Both the position numbers and the translations under genes were made by a program. The notes below the pieces were generated by a model. That model ran no database searches. It was given only the letters and a program-made list of their open reading frames with translations, and had not been told where the DNA came from. 64,000 nt of DNA from Trueperaceae bacterium (lineage in GTDB: Bacteria; Deinococcota; Deinococci; Deinococcales; Trueperaceae). Shown in pieces: positions 53,790 to 62,491 of this stretch (positions are counted from its first letter, which is position 1; each line of letters opens with the position of its first letter). The stretch is taken from positions 544,001 to 608,000 of the forward strand of contig JAXHNB010000005.1 in assembly GCA_034520945.1 (NCBI GenBank). Direction: 5' to 3'.

Positions 53790-55060
53790 AGCCGCGCTCC
53801 TGGGGCACGCACGAGGGCGGCCCGCGTGAGCCCGGCAGCGACAAGCCCCTCCACCTGGTGCACGAGACCTGGGGGGACCACGAGGCGCTGCTGGCCCGCA
53901 CCCGCGCCGGGCCCGGCGGGCGCGTCGGGCAGGTCGACACGCACGTCATGGACGTCGCCGGCCCCAACGATCCATTGCCGCTGGAGCGCGGCGGGGAGTT
54001 GCAACCGGTCGCGCTGGCGTACGAGACCTACGGCGAGCTGAACGCCCGCGGCGACAACGCGATCGTGATCTGTCACGCGCTCACCGGCAGCGCGCACGCC
54101 GCCGGCGTGCACGCCCGCGAGGAGGTGCCCGGCTGGTGGGACCCCTTGATCGGGCCGGGCAAGCCGGTCGATACGGATCGGTTCTTCGTGATCAGCAGCA
54201 ACGTGTTCGGCGGATGTTACGGCTCCACCGGTCCCACCTCGCTCGATCCCCACACTGGCCGGCCGTACGGACCCGCCTTTCCGCGGTTCACCATCCGCGA
54301 CATGGTGCGCGCCCAGAAGCGCCTGGCCGACCGCCTGGGCGTCCGGCACGTCGCGGCGGTGATCGGCGGGTCGATGGGCGGCATGCAGGCGCTGGAGTGG
54401 GCCGCCATGTACCCCGAGCAGGTGGGCGCCATTGCGCCGGTCGCCATCGGCGCGCGGCACTCCGCCTGGGCGATCGGCCTGAACGAGGTGGCGCGGCGCG
54501 CCATCACCGCCGATCCCGCCTGGAACGGCGGGCGCTACCCGGCCGGGCAGCAGCCCGAGACCGGCCTGGGCCTGGCCCGCGCCATCGCCATGCTGTCGTA
54601 CCGCAGCTTCGACTCCCTGGAGGCCAAGTTCGGCCGCGAGCGCGTCCGCGCGCAGCAGGAGGAGGGCGAGTCGGCTTCAGAGGCCCGCAGCGACGTGCTG
54701 GGCCGCCTGATGTCGGTGGGCTTCGAGATCGAAAGCTACCTCAACTACCAGGGCGTCAAGATGAGCCAACGCTTCGACGCGAACACCTACCTGTACCTGA
54801 CGCGCGCCATGGACGACCACGACCTCGCCGAGGGCCGCGGCCGCACCGCGGAGGTGCTGGCCGGCATGACCATGCCGGCGCTGGTGATCAGCATCGACTC
54901 CGACGTGCTGTACCCCGAACGCGAACAGCGCGAACTGGTGGAGCACCTGCCCCGCGCCCGCTACGCCACGCTGCGCAGCCCGCACGGGCACGACGCGTTC
55001 CTGATCGAGTTTCCGCAGGTGGCGGCGCAGCTCAGGCGGTTCTTGAACGAGGTGGCGTAG
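53786..55060 (+). CDS. metX: Homoserine O-acetyltransferase
   Basis: CHALTGSAH, GGCYGSTGP, GGSMGG, RFDAN, SDVLYP and HGHDAFL motifs. Confidence 0.96.
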   Translation: MKPRSWGTHEGGPREPGSDKPLHLVHETWGDHEALLARTRAGPGGRVGQVDTHVMDVAGPNDPLPLERGGELQPVALAYETYGELNARGDNAIVICHALTGSAHAAGVHAREEVPGWWDPLIGPGKPVDTDRFFVISSNVFGGCYGSTGPTSLDPHTGRPYGPAFPRFTIRDMVRAQKRLADRLGVRHVAAVIGGSMGGMQALEWAAMYPEQVGAIAPVAIGARHSAWAIGLNEVARRAITADPAWNGGRYPAGQQPETGLGLARAIAMLSYRSFDSLEAKFGRERVRAQQEEGESASEARSDVLGRLMSVGFEIESYLNYQGVKMSQRFDANTYLYLTRAMDDHDLAEGRGRTAEVLAGMTMPALVISIDSDVLYPEREQRELVEHLPRARYATLRSPHGHDAFLIEFPQVAAQLRRFLNEVA

Positions 55061-55147
55061 CGGGGCTCGCGCCAGGCGCTTGGGCCGTCGCGAACGTCGT
55101 CCCCTGGCCTGGTATCGTGGGATCGCAGGCGGGGGTGAGGTGGCGTC

Positions 55148-55570
55148 GTGGACATGTTCGATCCCGACACGAAGGCACGATTGGACCAGTACCTTGCCGG
55201 GCGGCCCGAAATCCTGGCGGCCCTTCTGTTCGGATCCCATGCGCGAGGCGAGGCTAGGCCGGGCAGCGATGTCGATCTGGGCGTTCTCCTCGACCGGGAG
55301 AAGGCACGGGAGGGCTTGTACCGGTCGAGGCTGATGTCCGAGCTCATGGAGGTTCTCGGTACGCCGCACGTGGACGTCGTGATCCTCGATGATGCCCCAC
55401 CGCTGCTGCTGCATCGCGTGCTGCGGGATGGGCATCTTCTGTACTCCGTCGACGATCGCGCCGTTGCCGAGTTCACCATCCGGGCGATGCAGAAGTACGA
55501 GGATACGAAGCCGCTCCGTGAGCTTCAGGCCAACCGCCTGCGCGCAAAGCTCGACGCCGTTCGCGACTGA
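55148..55570 (+). CDS. mntA: MNT antitoxin (type VII TA, MntA-like)
   Basis: LFGSHARGEARPGSDVDLG (GSx10DxD). Confidence 0.9.
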   Translation: MDMFDPDTKARLDQYLAGRPEILAALLFGSHARGEARPGSDVDLGVLLDREKAREGLYRSRLMSELMEVLGTPHVDVVILDDAPPLLLHRVLRDGHLLYSVDDRAVAEFTIRAMQKYEDTKPLRELQANRLRAKLDAVRD

Positions 55571-55576
55571 GTCGAC

Positions 55577-56035
55577 GTGACCGGCGCACACCTCGACCAC
55601 GAAGCCGTGAGGCGGCGCCTCGCGCACATGATGGAAGCGGTGGAGGTGCTGAGAGAGTACCAGGGAATGACGTTCGACGAACTGGCGCGAAGCCCGAAGG
55701 TGCACTGGGCCGTTCAGCACGGCCTGCAGCTTTGCGTGCAAGCGGTCTTGGACCTGGCTTCGCATTTGGTCGCGGTGCACGACGTGCCCGTGCACGAGGA
55801 GTACCGAAACAACCTTCTGGCGTTGGCGCCGCTCGGTGTCCTGCCGGAGGCATTCGCGCGGCGGATCGCACCCATGGCCGGGTTCAGGAACATCCTCGTG
55901 CACCAGTACCTCGACGTCGATCTCGAAGAGGTGCACACGCTTCTGAATGAGCACCTGGATGACTTCGCGGAGTTCGCCCAACGGATCGAAGCATTCCTCG
56001 AGTCGCGAGAGGAGCCGGGGGAGGCACGAGGCTGA
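55577..56035 (+). CDS. hepT: HEPN RNase toxin (HepT/DUF86-like)
   Basis: GFRNILVHQY (Rx4HxY). Confidence 0.9.
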   Translation: MTGAHLDHEAVRRRLAHMMEAVEVLREYQGMTFDELARSPKVHWAVQHGLQLCVQAVLDLASHLVAVHDVPVHEEYRNNLLALAPLGVLPEAFARRIAPMAGFRNILVHQYLDVDLEEVHTLLNEHLDDFAEFAQRIEAFLESREEPGEARG

Positions 56036-56232
56036 ACAGCCGACCGTCGTTGCTTCCGTCGTCGCTGCGCTCGTGCGGGAGGCGACGCATGGGCGGGGCG
56101 CTGCGCTTCGTGCTGCACGCGTCGACGGAGCGGAGGTCGCGGCCGAGCTCACGCGACGCGCACGCGGATCCGCGTGCGGCCCGTCGCCCGCGCCTGTTCA
56201 CGGCTCCCCGCCCACCAGCGCCCGCAGGAAGC

Positions 56233-56613
56233 GAGGCCCGAAGCGACGTGCTGGGCCGCCTGATGTCGGTCGGCTTCGAGATCGAGAGCTACCTGAACGA
56301 CCAGGGCGTCAAGATGAGCCAACGCTTCGACGCCAACACCTACCTGTACCTGACGCGCGCCATGGACGACCACGACCTCGCCGAGGGCCGCGGCCGCACC
56401 GCGGAGGTGCTGGCCGGCATGACCATGCCGGCGTTGGTGATCAGCATCGATTCCGACGTGCTGTACCCCGAACGCGAGCAGCGCGAGCTGGTGGAGCACC
56501 TGCCCCGCGCCCGCTACGCCACCCTGCGCAGCCCGCACGGGCACGACGCGTTCCTGATCGAGTTTCCGCAGGTGGCGGCGCAGCTTCGGCGGTTCTTGAA
56601 CGAGGTGGCGTAG
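56233..56613 (+). pseudogene. metX 3' end duplicate 1 (381 bp, near-identical to 54680-55060)
   Basis: EARSDVLG...FLNEVA* repeated with few substitutions. Confidence 0.95.
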
Positions 56614-56666
56614 GCGGGAGCTACGAGGCCGCTGGGCAGGTTCGCTCGAAGGTCATTCGCAGTGGG

Positions 56667-57077
56667 CTATTCCAGGCTCTCCAATAGAAAGGACCGTACG
56701 GTTCGTACCCGGACGGGAACATCGGTCCTGCGCATCAGTCCACCGAAGTGGCGGAGATCGCCGGTCAGGAAGATGTCCGCTCCGATGGCGACGGCCGTGC
56801 CGTAGATCGGCGCGTCCTTGGGTGGTAGATCGAAGCGCGATTCGTCGTTCGTGACGTCAGGCACGACGTGCACGACACGCGTTCGAGACCCGAAGCGCTG
56901 CATGGCGTGACGGCGCTTGCGCTTCAGGTTCCGCTCCGCCTCGATCAGGCACGTTCGGCTCGTCAGCAGGACCAGGCGCTCGTCGTCGCCAAGGGACCAC
57001 AGCAGGTCGAAGACGGGGCCACCCACGGCCGCGCTGAACAGGATGTTGGCGTCGAGAAACGTCTTCAGCGGTTCCAC
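56667..57077 (-). CDS. PIN-domain toxin (VapC-like)
   Basis: FLDANILFS, KDAPI and FLTGDLRHF motifs. Confidence 0.9.
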   Translation of the reverse strand: MEPLKTFLDANILFSAAVGGPVFDLLWSLGDDERLVLLTSRTCLIEAERNLKRKRRHAMQRFGSRTRVVHVVPDVTNDESRFDLPPKDAPIYGTAVAIGADIFLTGDLRHFGGLMRRTDVPVRVRTVRSFLLESLE

Positions 57078-57319
57078 GCGGCCCGCGCGCGTTCGAGTTC
57101 CTCGTCGGACATCGATGCTGCCTGCTCGAACTCGGCGATGCGGTCGTCGTCGTACAGCTCGATCGGGACGACTTCGACCGGTTCGAGCACGACACGGCCA
57201 TCATCGACCCGAACGCGGAACGCGTCGCCGGCACGCAAGCCAAGGGCCCGCCGGAGCCCTGCGGGGAGGGTGACCTGGCCACGCGGGGAAAGCTGAACCA
57301 GCGGCTCGACGGTGCTCAT
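57065..57319 (-). CDS. AbrB/MazE-family antitoxin
   Basis: LSPRGQVTLPAGLRRALGLRAGD; overlaps the PIN gene. Confidence 0.9.
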   Translation of the reverse strand: MSTVEPLVQLSPRGQVTLPAGLRRALGLRAGDAFRVRVDDGRVVLEPVEVVPIELYDDDRIAEFEQAASMSDEELERARAAWNR

Positions 57320-57361
57320 GATGTCAGAATAGCAGACAATCCGAAATGCGTAGGCTCGATC

Positions 57362-57643
57362 GCGTCAAGCTGTCCAAGCGCTTCGACGCGAACACCTAAC
57401 CTCTACATCACCCGCGCCATGGACCATCACGACGCGATCGAGGGCCGCGGTCGCCTGGCGCAGGTGCTGGGCCGGATGACGATGCCGGCATGGGTGATGA
57501 AGATCGACTCGGACGTGCTGTACCCTGAGAGGGAGCCGCGGGAGCTGGTCGAGCACCTGCCCCGCGCCCGCTACGCCACCCTACGCAGTCCGCACGGGCA
57601 CGACGCGTTCCTGATCGAGTTTCCGCAAATAGCGGCGCTCTAG
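57362..57643 (+). pseudogene. metX 3' end duplicate 2 (divergent allele, frameshifted)
   Basis: VKLSKRFDANT..LYITRAMDHHD...SPHGHDAFLIEFPQIAAL*. Confidence 0.9.
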
Positions 57644-57659
57644 TAGGGCACCTTACTCG

Positions 57660-58035
57660 AGTCTGGGCTTGGGAAGCTACCGCACGGCATGGGTGATGCT
57701 CCAGAAGCTGCAGCCGGCGATGGTGCGGCTCGGCAGGGACTCGCTGCAGGGCACCGTCGAGGGGGACGAGACGTACCTGGGGGCAAGCGAACCGGGGGTC
57801 CATGGCCGCCCGCTGGTCGGCAAAGCGTTGGTGGTGATCGCCGTGGAGACGGCCGGCAAAAGGAGCGGACGCGTCCACCTGCGCCACGTGCCAGATGGTT
57901 TCAAGGCGAGCCTGCTCGGCTTCATCAGCGATTGCGTGGAGCCCGGGAGTCTCGTGCACACCGACGGGTGGCGAGGCTACGCCGGACTGCCTGCAGCCGG
58001 GTGCACGCACCGCATCACCGCCACTCGGGGTGATG
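57660..58035 (+). mobile_element. IS1595-family transposase internal fragment
   Basis: GSYRTAWVMLQKL, VEGDETYLG, VHTDGWRGY. Confidence 0.8.
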
Positions 58036-58069
58036 GTGAACTTGAACCTCCCTCGGCGAGGTCGACCGA

Positions 58070-58350
58070 GCTTGGCCGCCTTCGCTGCGAGCGCGGTCTT
58101 CGCACCGGTCATCGACGTCAAAGCCAAGCAATTTCCTGGCGGCGGTGCGTCGTACAGGGATCGTGGCAGAGGGCGCCTCCGGCTGATCCCCGGGGACACG
58201 TTGCTGACCCAGCTGCAGCAGGACTACCGCCAGATGTCGCAGGCGGGCATGTTCGTCGCAGAACCACCTGCATTCGACCAGATTCTCGAGCACCTGGCAG
58301 AACTCGAGGAGACCATCAATGCCGCCTGTGGGGCAGCTCCGATCGCCTGA
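58070..58350 (+). pseudogene. AbiEii-like nucleotidyltransferase toxin C-terminal fragment
   Basis: LRLIP...LQQDYRQM..MF..PPAFDQIL..L..LE..IN pattern; no N-terminus. Confidence 0.6.
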
Positions 58351-58396
58351 ACGACCCCCGACCGGTCACGCGCAGAGCGACGCCTCGTCGCCCTCG

Positions 58397-58685
58397 CCCA
58401 ACCCCGGATGGATCGGCAGCGACACCACTCGCTCGCACACCTCCGCGACGACCGGCGGCGACGCCGGCGCGCCCATCACCGGCTGCGCGCTGAGCGCCAG
58501 CGGGTAGAAGCGCTGATGCGCGATCCGGATGGTGCCGCAGCTTGATGCGCAGCACCGCTGCCTGCAGCGCGCTCGACGGCCGGACGGAGCTCGTCCCAGA
58601 GGCCGTCGACTTCGGACGCGAGATCGAGCATGGGGATGGGCGGACGGTTCGCGTCGGGCATCGGGCGGAGTGTACCGCGGCGTGT
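58397..58685 (-). pseudogene. Internally deleted relic of a degT allele (promoter + 5' end, middle snippet, 3' end)
   Basis: MPDANRPPIPMLDLASEVDGLWDEL / ALQAAVLRIKL / IAHQRFYPLALSAQPVMG...SLPIHPGL, collinear with 60149-61276. Confidence 0.85.
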
Positions 58686-58764
58686 GCCGCCTACTGGCGA
58701 GGATCGTGCGCAGACCACGTCATCGATCGATTGGGCGCTTTACGATGGATCGATCGAAGGGAGC

Positions 58765-58974
58765 ATGATGGAGACCGTGAAGATCTCACCCAAGTTCCAG
58801 GTCGTCATCCCTAAGCGCATCCGTGAAGCGTTGACGCTCGAGCCCGGGCAGTACCTCGACATGGTCGTCGTGGACGGGCGGATCGAGATGATCCCAGTTC
58901 CGTCGCTGAAGGAGGCGCGCGGATTCCTCCACGGCATCGACACCAGCGTGCCTCGCGACGAAGACCGGGTATGA
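58765..58974 (+). CDS. AbrB/MazE-family antitoxin
   Basis: VKISPKFQVVIPKRIREAL; ATCGATCGA repeats upstream. Confidence 0.92.
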   Translation: MMETVKISPKFQVVIPKRIREALTLEPGQYLDMVVVDGRIEMIPVPSLKEARGFLHGIDTSVPRDEDRV

Positions 58975-59345
58975 ACGTCGTCGACTCCAGCGCATGGCTC
59001 GCGTACTTCGCCGGGACGCGCAATGCCGATGCATTCGCCACCGTGATCGAGCGGCCCGAGGAACGCCTCGTACCCACACTCACCCTGTTCGAGGTCTTCA
59101 AGCGGGTGCTCGTCCAACGCGGTGAGACCGATGCCGTGCGGGCGGTCTCGATCATGCGGTCCGGATCGCGAACCGTGGACCTCGACGCAGGATTGGCGAT
59201 CACGGCGGCGCGCCTCTCCGCGACCGCGCCGCTTCCCCTCGCCGATGCGATCATCCTCGCCACAGCGAAGGCGTACGACGCCGTCCTCTGGACGCAGGAC
59301 GCGGACTTCCGAGACATGCCCGGCGTCGAGTACCGCGCCCCCTGA
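58971..59345 (+). CDS. vapC: VapC PIN toxin
   Basis: VVDSSAWLAYF, LADAIILATA and WTQDADF motifs; ATGA coupling. Confidence 0.92.
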   Translation: MNVVDSSAWLAYFAGTRNADAFATVIERPEERLVPTLTLFEVFKRVLVQRGETDAVRAVSIMRSGSRTVDLDAGLAITAARLSATAPLPLADAIILATAKAYDAVLWTQDADFRDMPGVEYRAP

Positions 59346-59381
59346 CCGCCCTACCCCGGCGGCGCCTCCCACGCCTTCATA

Positions 59382-59585
59382 TCAGGCCGGATTCCTTGGG
59401 TCGCCCGGGTCGATGATCTCGACGCCGAGGTCGCGCATGTCGCGGATGTTTCGCGTTACGAGCATGAGGCCGTGAACGATGGCCGTGGCCACGAGGAGCG
59501 AGTCGATCACGGGAAGGGATCGTCCGCGAGCTGCGTGTCGGCCGCGGAGACGTCCCAGGCCGTCGCGACGGCCTGGTCGATCCGC
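59382..59585 (-). pseudogene. 3' fragment of a VapC PIN gene similar to 61320-61745
   Basis: RIDQAVATAW..GRSLPVIDSLLVATAIVHGLMLVTRNIRD. Confidence 0.85.
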
Positions 59586-59753
59586 ATCGACTCCGACGTG
59601 CTGTACCCCGAACGCGAGCAGCGCGAGCTCGTCGAGCTCCTGCCGCGGGCGCGGTGCGCGACCCTGCGCAGCCCGCACGGGCACGACGCGTTCCTGATCG
59701 AGTTCCCGCAGGTGGCAGCGCAGCTGCGGCGGTTCTTGAACGAGGTGGCGTAG
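59573..59753 (+). pseudogene. metX 3' end duplicate 3
   Basis: IDSDVLYPEREQRELVELLPRARCATLRSPHGHDAFLIEFPQVAAQLRRFLNEVA*. Confidence 0.92.
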
Positions 59754-59843
59754 GAGAGGGTAGGGGAGGGAGCGCAGCGTCTCCCGCGCGTCATTCCGGT
59801 GCTGCTGGTCTCACCGCATGGGCTGGAGGACAGGCGCCCGCGC

Positions 59844-60107
59844 CTACTGGAGCTGCGACGCTAGCCGCTTTTCGTTCTCGACAGCCGCCTCCGCGAAGGC
59901 TCGCGTTTCGGCCTCCAGGTCGATGTCGCCCGGCGGTACGCCTGGCAACCGCCGGTACAAGTCCATTACCGATTCCGGCTTTTGGACGCGGCCCACCAGG
60001 CGTCCGTCCTCCGCCTCGAAGGTGATTCGGTCGCCCGGTCGGAGGTTCAACGCCTCACGCACGTGCTTGGGAATGGTGATCCGTCCGCGTCGTCCCAGCT
60101 TGGTCAT
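59844..60107 (-). CDS. Orphan AbrB-family antitoxin/regulator
   Basis: TKLGRRGRITIPKHVREALNLRPGD; no toxin ORF downstream. Confidence 0.85.
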   Translation of the reverse strand: MTKLGRRGRITIPKHVREALNLRPGDRITFEAEDGRLVGRVQKPESVMDLYRRLPGVPPGDIDLEAETRAFAEAAVENEKRLASQLQ

Positions 60108-60148
60108 GAAGACACGTCCTCTCTCCGCCGTGCCACCATCATGCCACC

Positions 60149-61276
60149 TCACCCCTGCACGACGCCACGCACGACCTCCGCCACCCGCCCCACCTGCTCC
60201 GGCGTCAACCCCGGATGCACGGGCAGCGACAGCACCCGCGCACTGGCCGCGTCCGCCACGGGCCGCGCCTGGGGCGTGCCCATCACCGGCTGCGAGCTCA
60301 GCGGCACCGGGTAGAAGCGCTGGTGCGCGATGCCGGCCTCGTCCAGGGCCCCGCGTACCTTCTCCAGGCGCTCCTCGGGGAGTTGCACGGTGAACTGGTG
60401 GAAGACGTGATCGTCGTGCAATGGGGGCAGGTCCACGCCGTCCGTGTCACTCAGGAGCTCGTGGTACCACCCGGCCACGCGGCGGCGGGCGGCGCTCGCC
60501 AGGGCCACGCGCGGCAGCTTGACCCGCAGGATGGCGGCCTGTAGCGCGTCCAGGCGCGAGTTGTGCCCCAGCATGTCGTGCACGTACTTGGCGTTCGGGC
60601 GGGAACCGTGCGTCCGCAGGCGCCGGATCGTCTGCGCCAGCTCGTCGTCCTGGGTGGTCAGCAGCCCCGCGTCGCCGTACGCCCCCAGCGTCTTGGTGGG
60701 GTAGAAGCTGAACGCCCCCAGCGTGCCCAGCGTGCCGGCCTTCGCGCCGTCCGCGGCAGTGCACCGCGCGCCGAACGCCTGCGCCGCGTCCTCGACGACG
60801 GCCAGGTCGTGCGCCTCGGCGATCTCGGTGATGCGGTTCATGTCCGCCGGCAGCCCGAACAGGTGCACCGGCAGGATCGCCCGCGTGCGGTCGCTCAGCA
60901 GCGGCGGGATCGTGTCCGGGTCCAGGTTCAGGGTTTCGGGGTCGATGTCGCCGAACACGGGGGTGGCGCCGCGCCGCAGGATCGCTTCGCTGGTGGCGAA
61001 GAAGCTGAACGGGGTGGTGATCACCTCGTCGCCGGCACCGATCCCGAGCGCCTCCAGGGCGATCACCAGCGCGTCCGTCCCGCTGTTCAGGCCGACGGCG
61101 TGGCCCGCCTCTAGGTCCTCCGCGGCCTCCGCTTCGAACGCCGCCACCTCGGGCCCGCCGACGAACTGGCCGGAGCGCAGCACGCGCTCGATGGCGGGTT
61201 GAAGCTCGTCCCAGAGCGTCTCTACCTCGCCGGCGAGGTCCAGCATTGGGATGGGTTCGTGCGGCGCGCTTGGCAT
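60149..61276 (-). CDS. DegT/DnrJ/EryC1/StrS sugar aminotransferase
   Basis: NSGTDAL, PVHLFG, VEDAAQAFG, SFYPTKTLGAYGDAG and NSRLDALQAA motifs. Confidence 0.95.
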   Translation of the reverse strand: MPSAPHEPIPMLDLAGEVETLWDELQPAIERVLRSGQFVGGPEVAAFEAEAAEDLEAGHAVGLNSGTDALVIALEALGIGAGDEVITTPFSFFATSEAILRRGATPVFGDIDPETLNLDPDTIPPLLSDRTRAILPVHLFGLPADMNRITEIAEAHDLAVVEDAAQAFGARCTAADGAKAGTLGTLGAFSFYPTKTLGAYGDAGLLTTQDDELAQTIRRLRTHGSRPNAKYVHDMLGHNSRLDALQAAILRVKLPRVALASAARRRVAGWYHELLSDTDGVDLPPLHDDHVFHQFTVQLPEERLEKVRGALDEAGIAHQRFYPVPLSSQPVMGTPQARPVADAASARVLSLPVHPGLTPEQVGRVAEVVRGVVQG

Positions 61277-61319
61277 CGGCGGCAGTGTACCGCGGGGTGC
61301 GTGCACGGCCAGCGTGCCG

Positions 61320-61745
61320 TCAGGGGCTACGCGAAGGGTCGACGAGGTCGACCGGTAGGCCGTCGAAGTCCCGTACGTTCAGGGTGACCAAGGTCAGATC
61401 GTGAGCGATCGCCGTGGCCGCCAACAGCGAGTCGATCACCGGAAGTGTCCGTCCTCGCCGAACCGAGTCTCCTCGGAGTTCACCCCACGCGAGGGCGACC
61501 CTCGCGTCAATGCTGAGGATCCGCCCCTCGTAGTTGGGGATCATGACGTCGTGGAGCCACCGGACGTACGGTTCTCCGCGTGCGCCCAGTCGGGCGGCAC
61601 CTTGGGCGACCTCTCCGATCGTGAGCGTACTGAGGTATGTCGATCCGGCATCGAGGGAATCCAGCCACGCCACCACGTTGGGATCAGGGGCCCGTTTTCC
61701 GGGTTCGGACAGCACGTTCGTATCGAGGAGGTACCCCGAGCTCAC
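61320..61745 (-). CDS. vapC: VapC PIN toxin
   Basis: YLLDTNVLSE, IDSLLAATA and VTLNVRDF motifs. Confidence 0.93.
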   Translation of the reverse strand: MSSGYLLDTNVLSEPGKRAPDPNVVAWLDSLDAGSTYLSTLTIGEVAQGAARLGARGEPYVRWLHDVMIPNYEGRILSIDARVALAWGELRGDSVRRGRTLPVIDSLLAATAIAHDLTLVTLNVRDFDGLPVDLVDPSRSP

Positions 61746-61996
61746 GGAAGCTCGGTGTCGCGACCCATATCATCGAGCCGCTCGAGGGGGAGGTCGTCCA
61801 TGGCAGGCATGTCCCCAAGGGCTTCGAGAACCGATTGGCGTGGCTGAACGAAGCGCCGATATCGGTGGATGCTCATCACGACGGCCGTGGCGACCCCATG
61901 CCTGGTCACGATGGTGTCTTCCCCTTCTTCCGCACGACGAACGATGTCGCTGAAGCGAGCTTTTGCATCTTGAAGCTTGCGCGTTCGAGTCTGCAC
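61742..61996 (-). CDS. Phd/YefM-family antitoxin
   Basis: LQDAKARFSDIVRRA...VTRHG; GTG start after AAAGGA. Confidence 0.9.
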   Translation of the reverse strand: MQTRTRKLQDAKARFSDIVRRAEEGEDTIVTRHGVATAVVMSIHRYRRFVQPRQSVLEALGDMPAMDDLPLERLDDMGRDTELP

Positions 61997-62025
61997 GATT
62001 CCATCCTTTCGGCACCGGAACACAT

Positions 62026-62054
62026 CTGACTAGTCAGCCTAGTCTTAGTCTAGC
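62026..62054 (-). promoter_or_regulatory. Likely TA promoter/operator
   Basis: Palindrome CTGACTAGTCAG plus CTAG repeats overlapping TAGACT/TAGGCT -10-like hexamers upstream of the Phd antitoxin. Confidence 0.55.
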
Positions 62055-62491
62055 AGGCCAAGGACGATCTCGAGCCAACCTTCGCGACCCTTCCGACACC
62101 CTCGCGAGCCACGCGGGTGGCGATGAAGCTGAAGGGGGTGGCGATCACCTCGTTACCGCAGCAGGAGGGAGTCCAACATGGCGCTCACGACGCCTTGGGC
62201 CACGCCGAGCCCCGTATGTGCGGCGCCGAGGCAAAGGCGCATGTTCATAGCCCTGCATGCGCAACCTGCGCGCGCCGGTCGCCCTTGCGGAACGCGGTCG
62301 GTACGGCGCCGAGAGGCGCGTGGCGGGCGCGGCCGTCGTGTCGGGCCGAACCGCTGCGGCCCTGCCCTTGACCCGACCATGCATCACGGCGCATGATGAT
62401 GTTCACGCGCTCGCGTGAGAGTGGGGAGAACACATGCGTGGTCCTGGCGCACTTGGTGAGTTCACATGGCGGGGTACGCCATGAACGGCTC

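Noticed and set aside
55060..62100. Integron with attC sites
   Set aside because: No intI and no repeated RYYYAAC...GTTRRRY hairpins; the repeats are metX/degT coding fragments and the cassettes face both ways.
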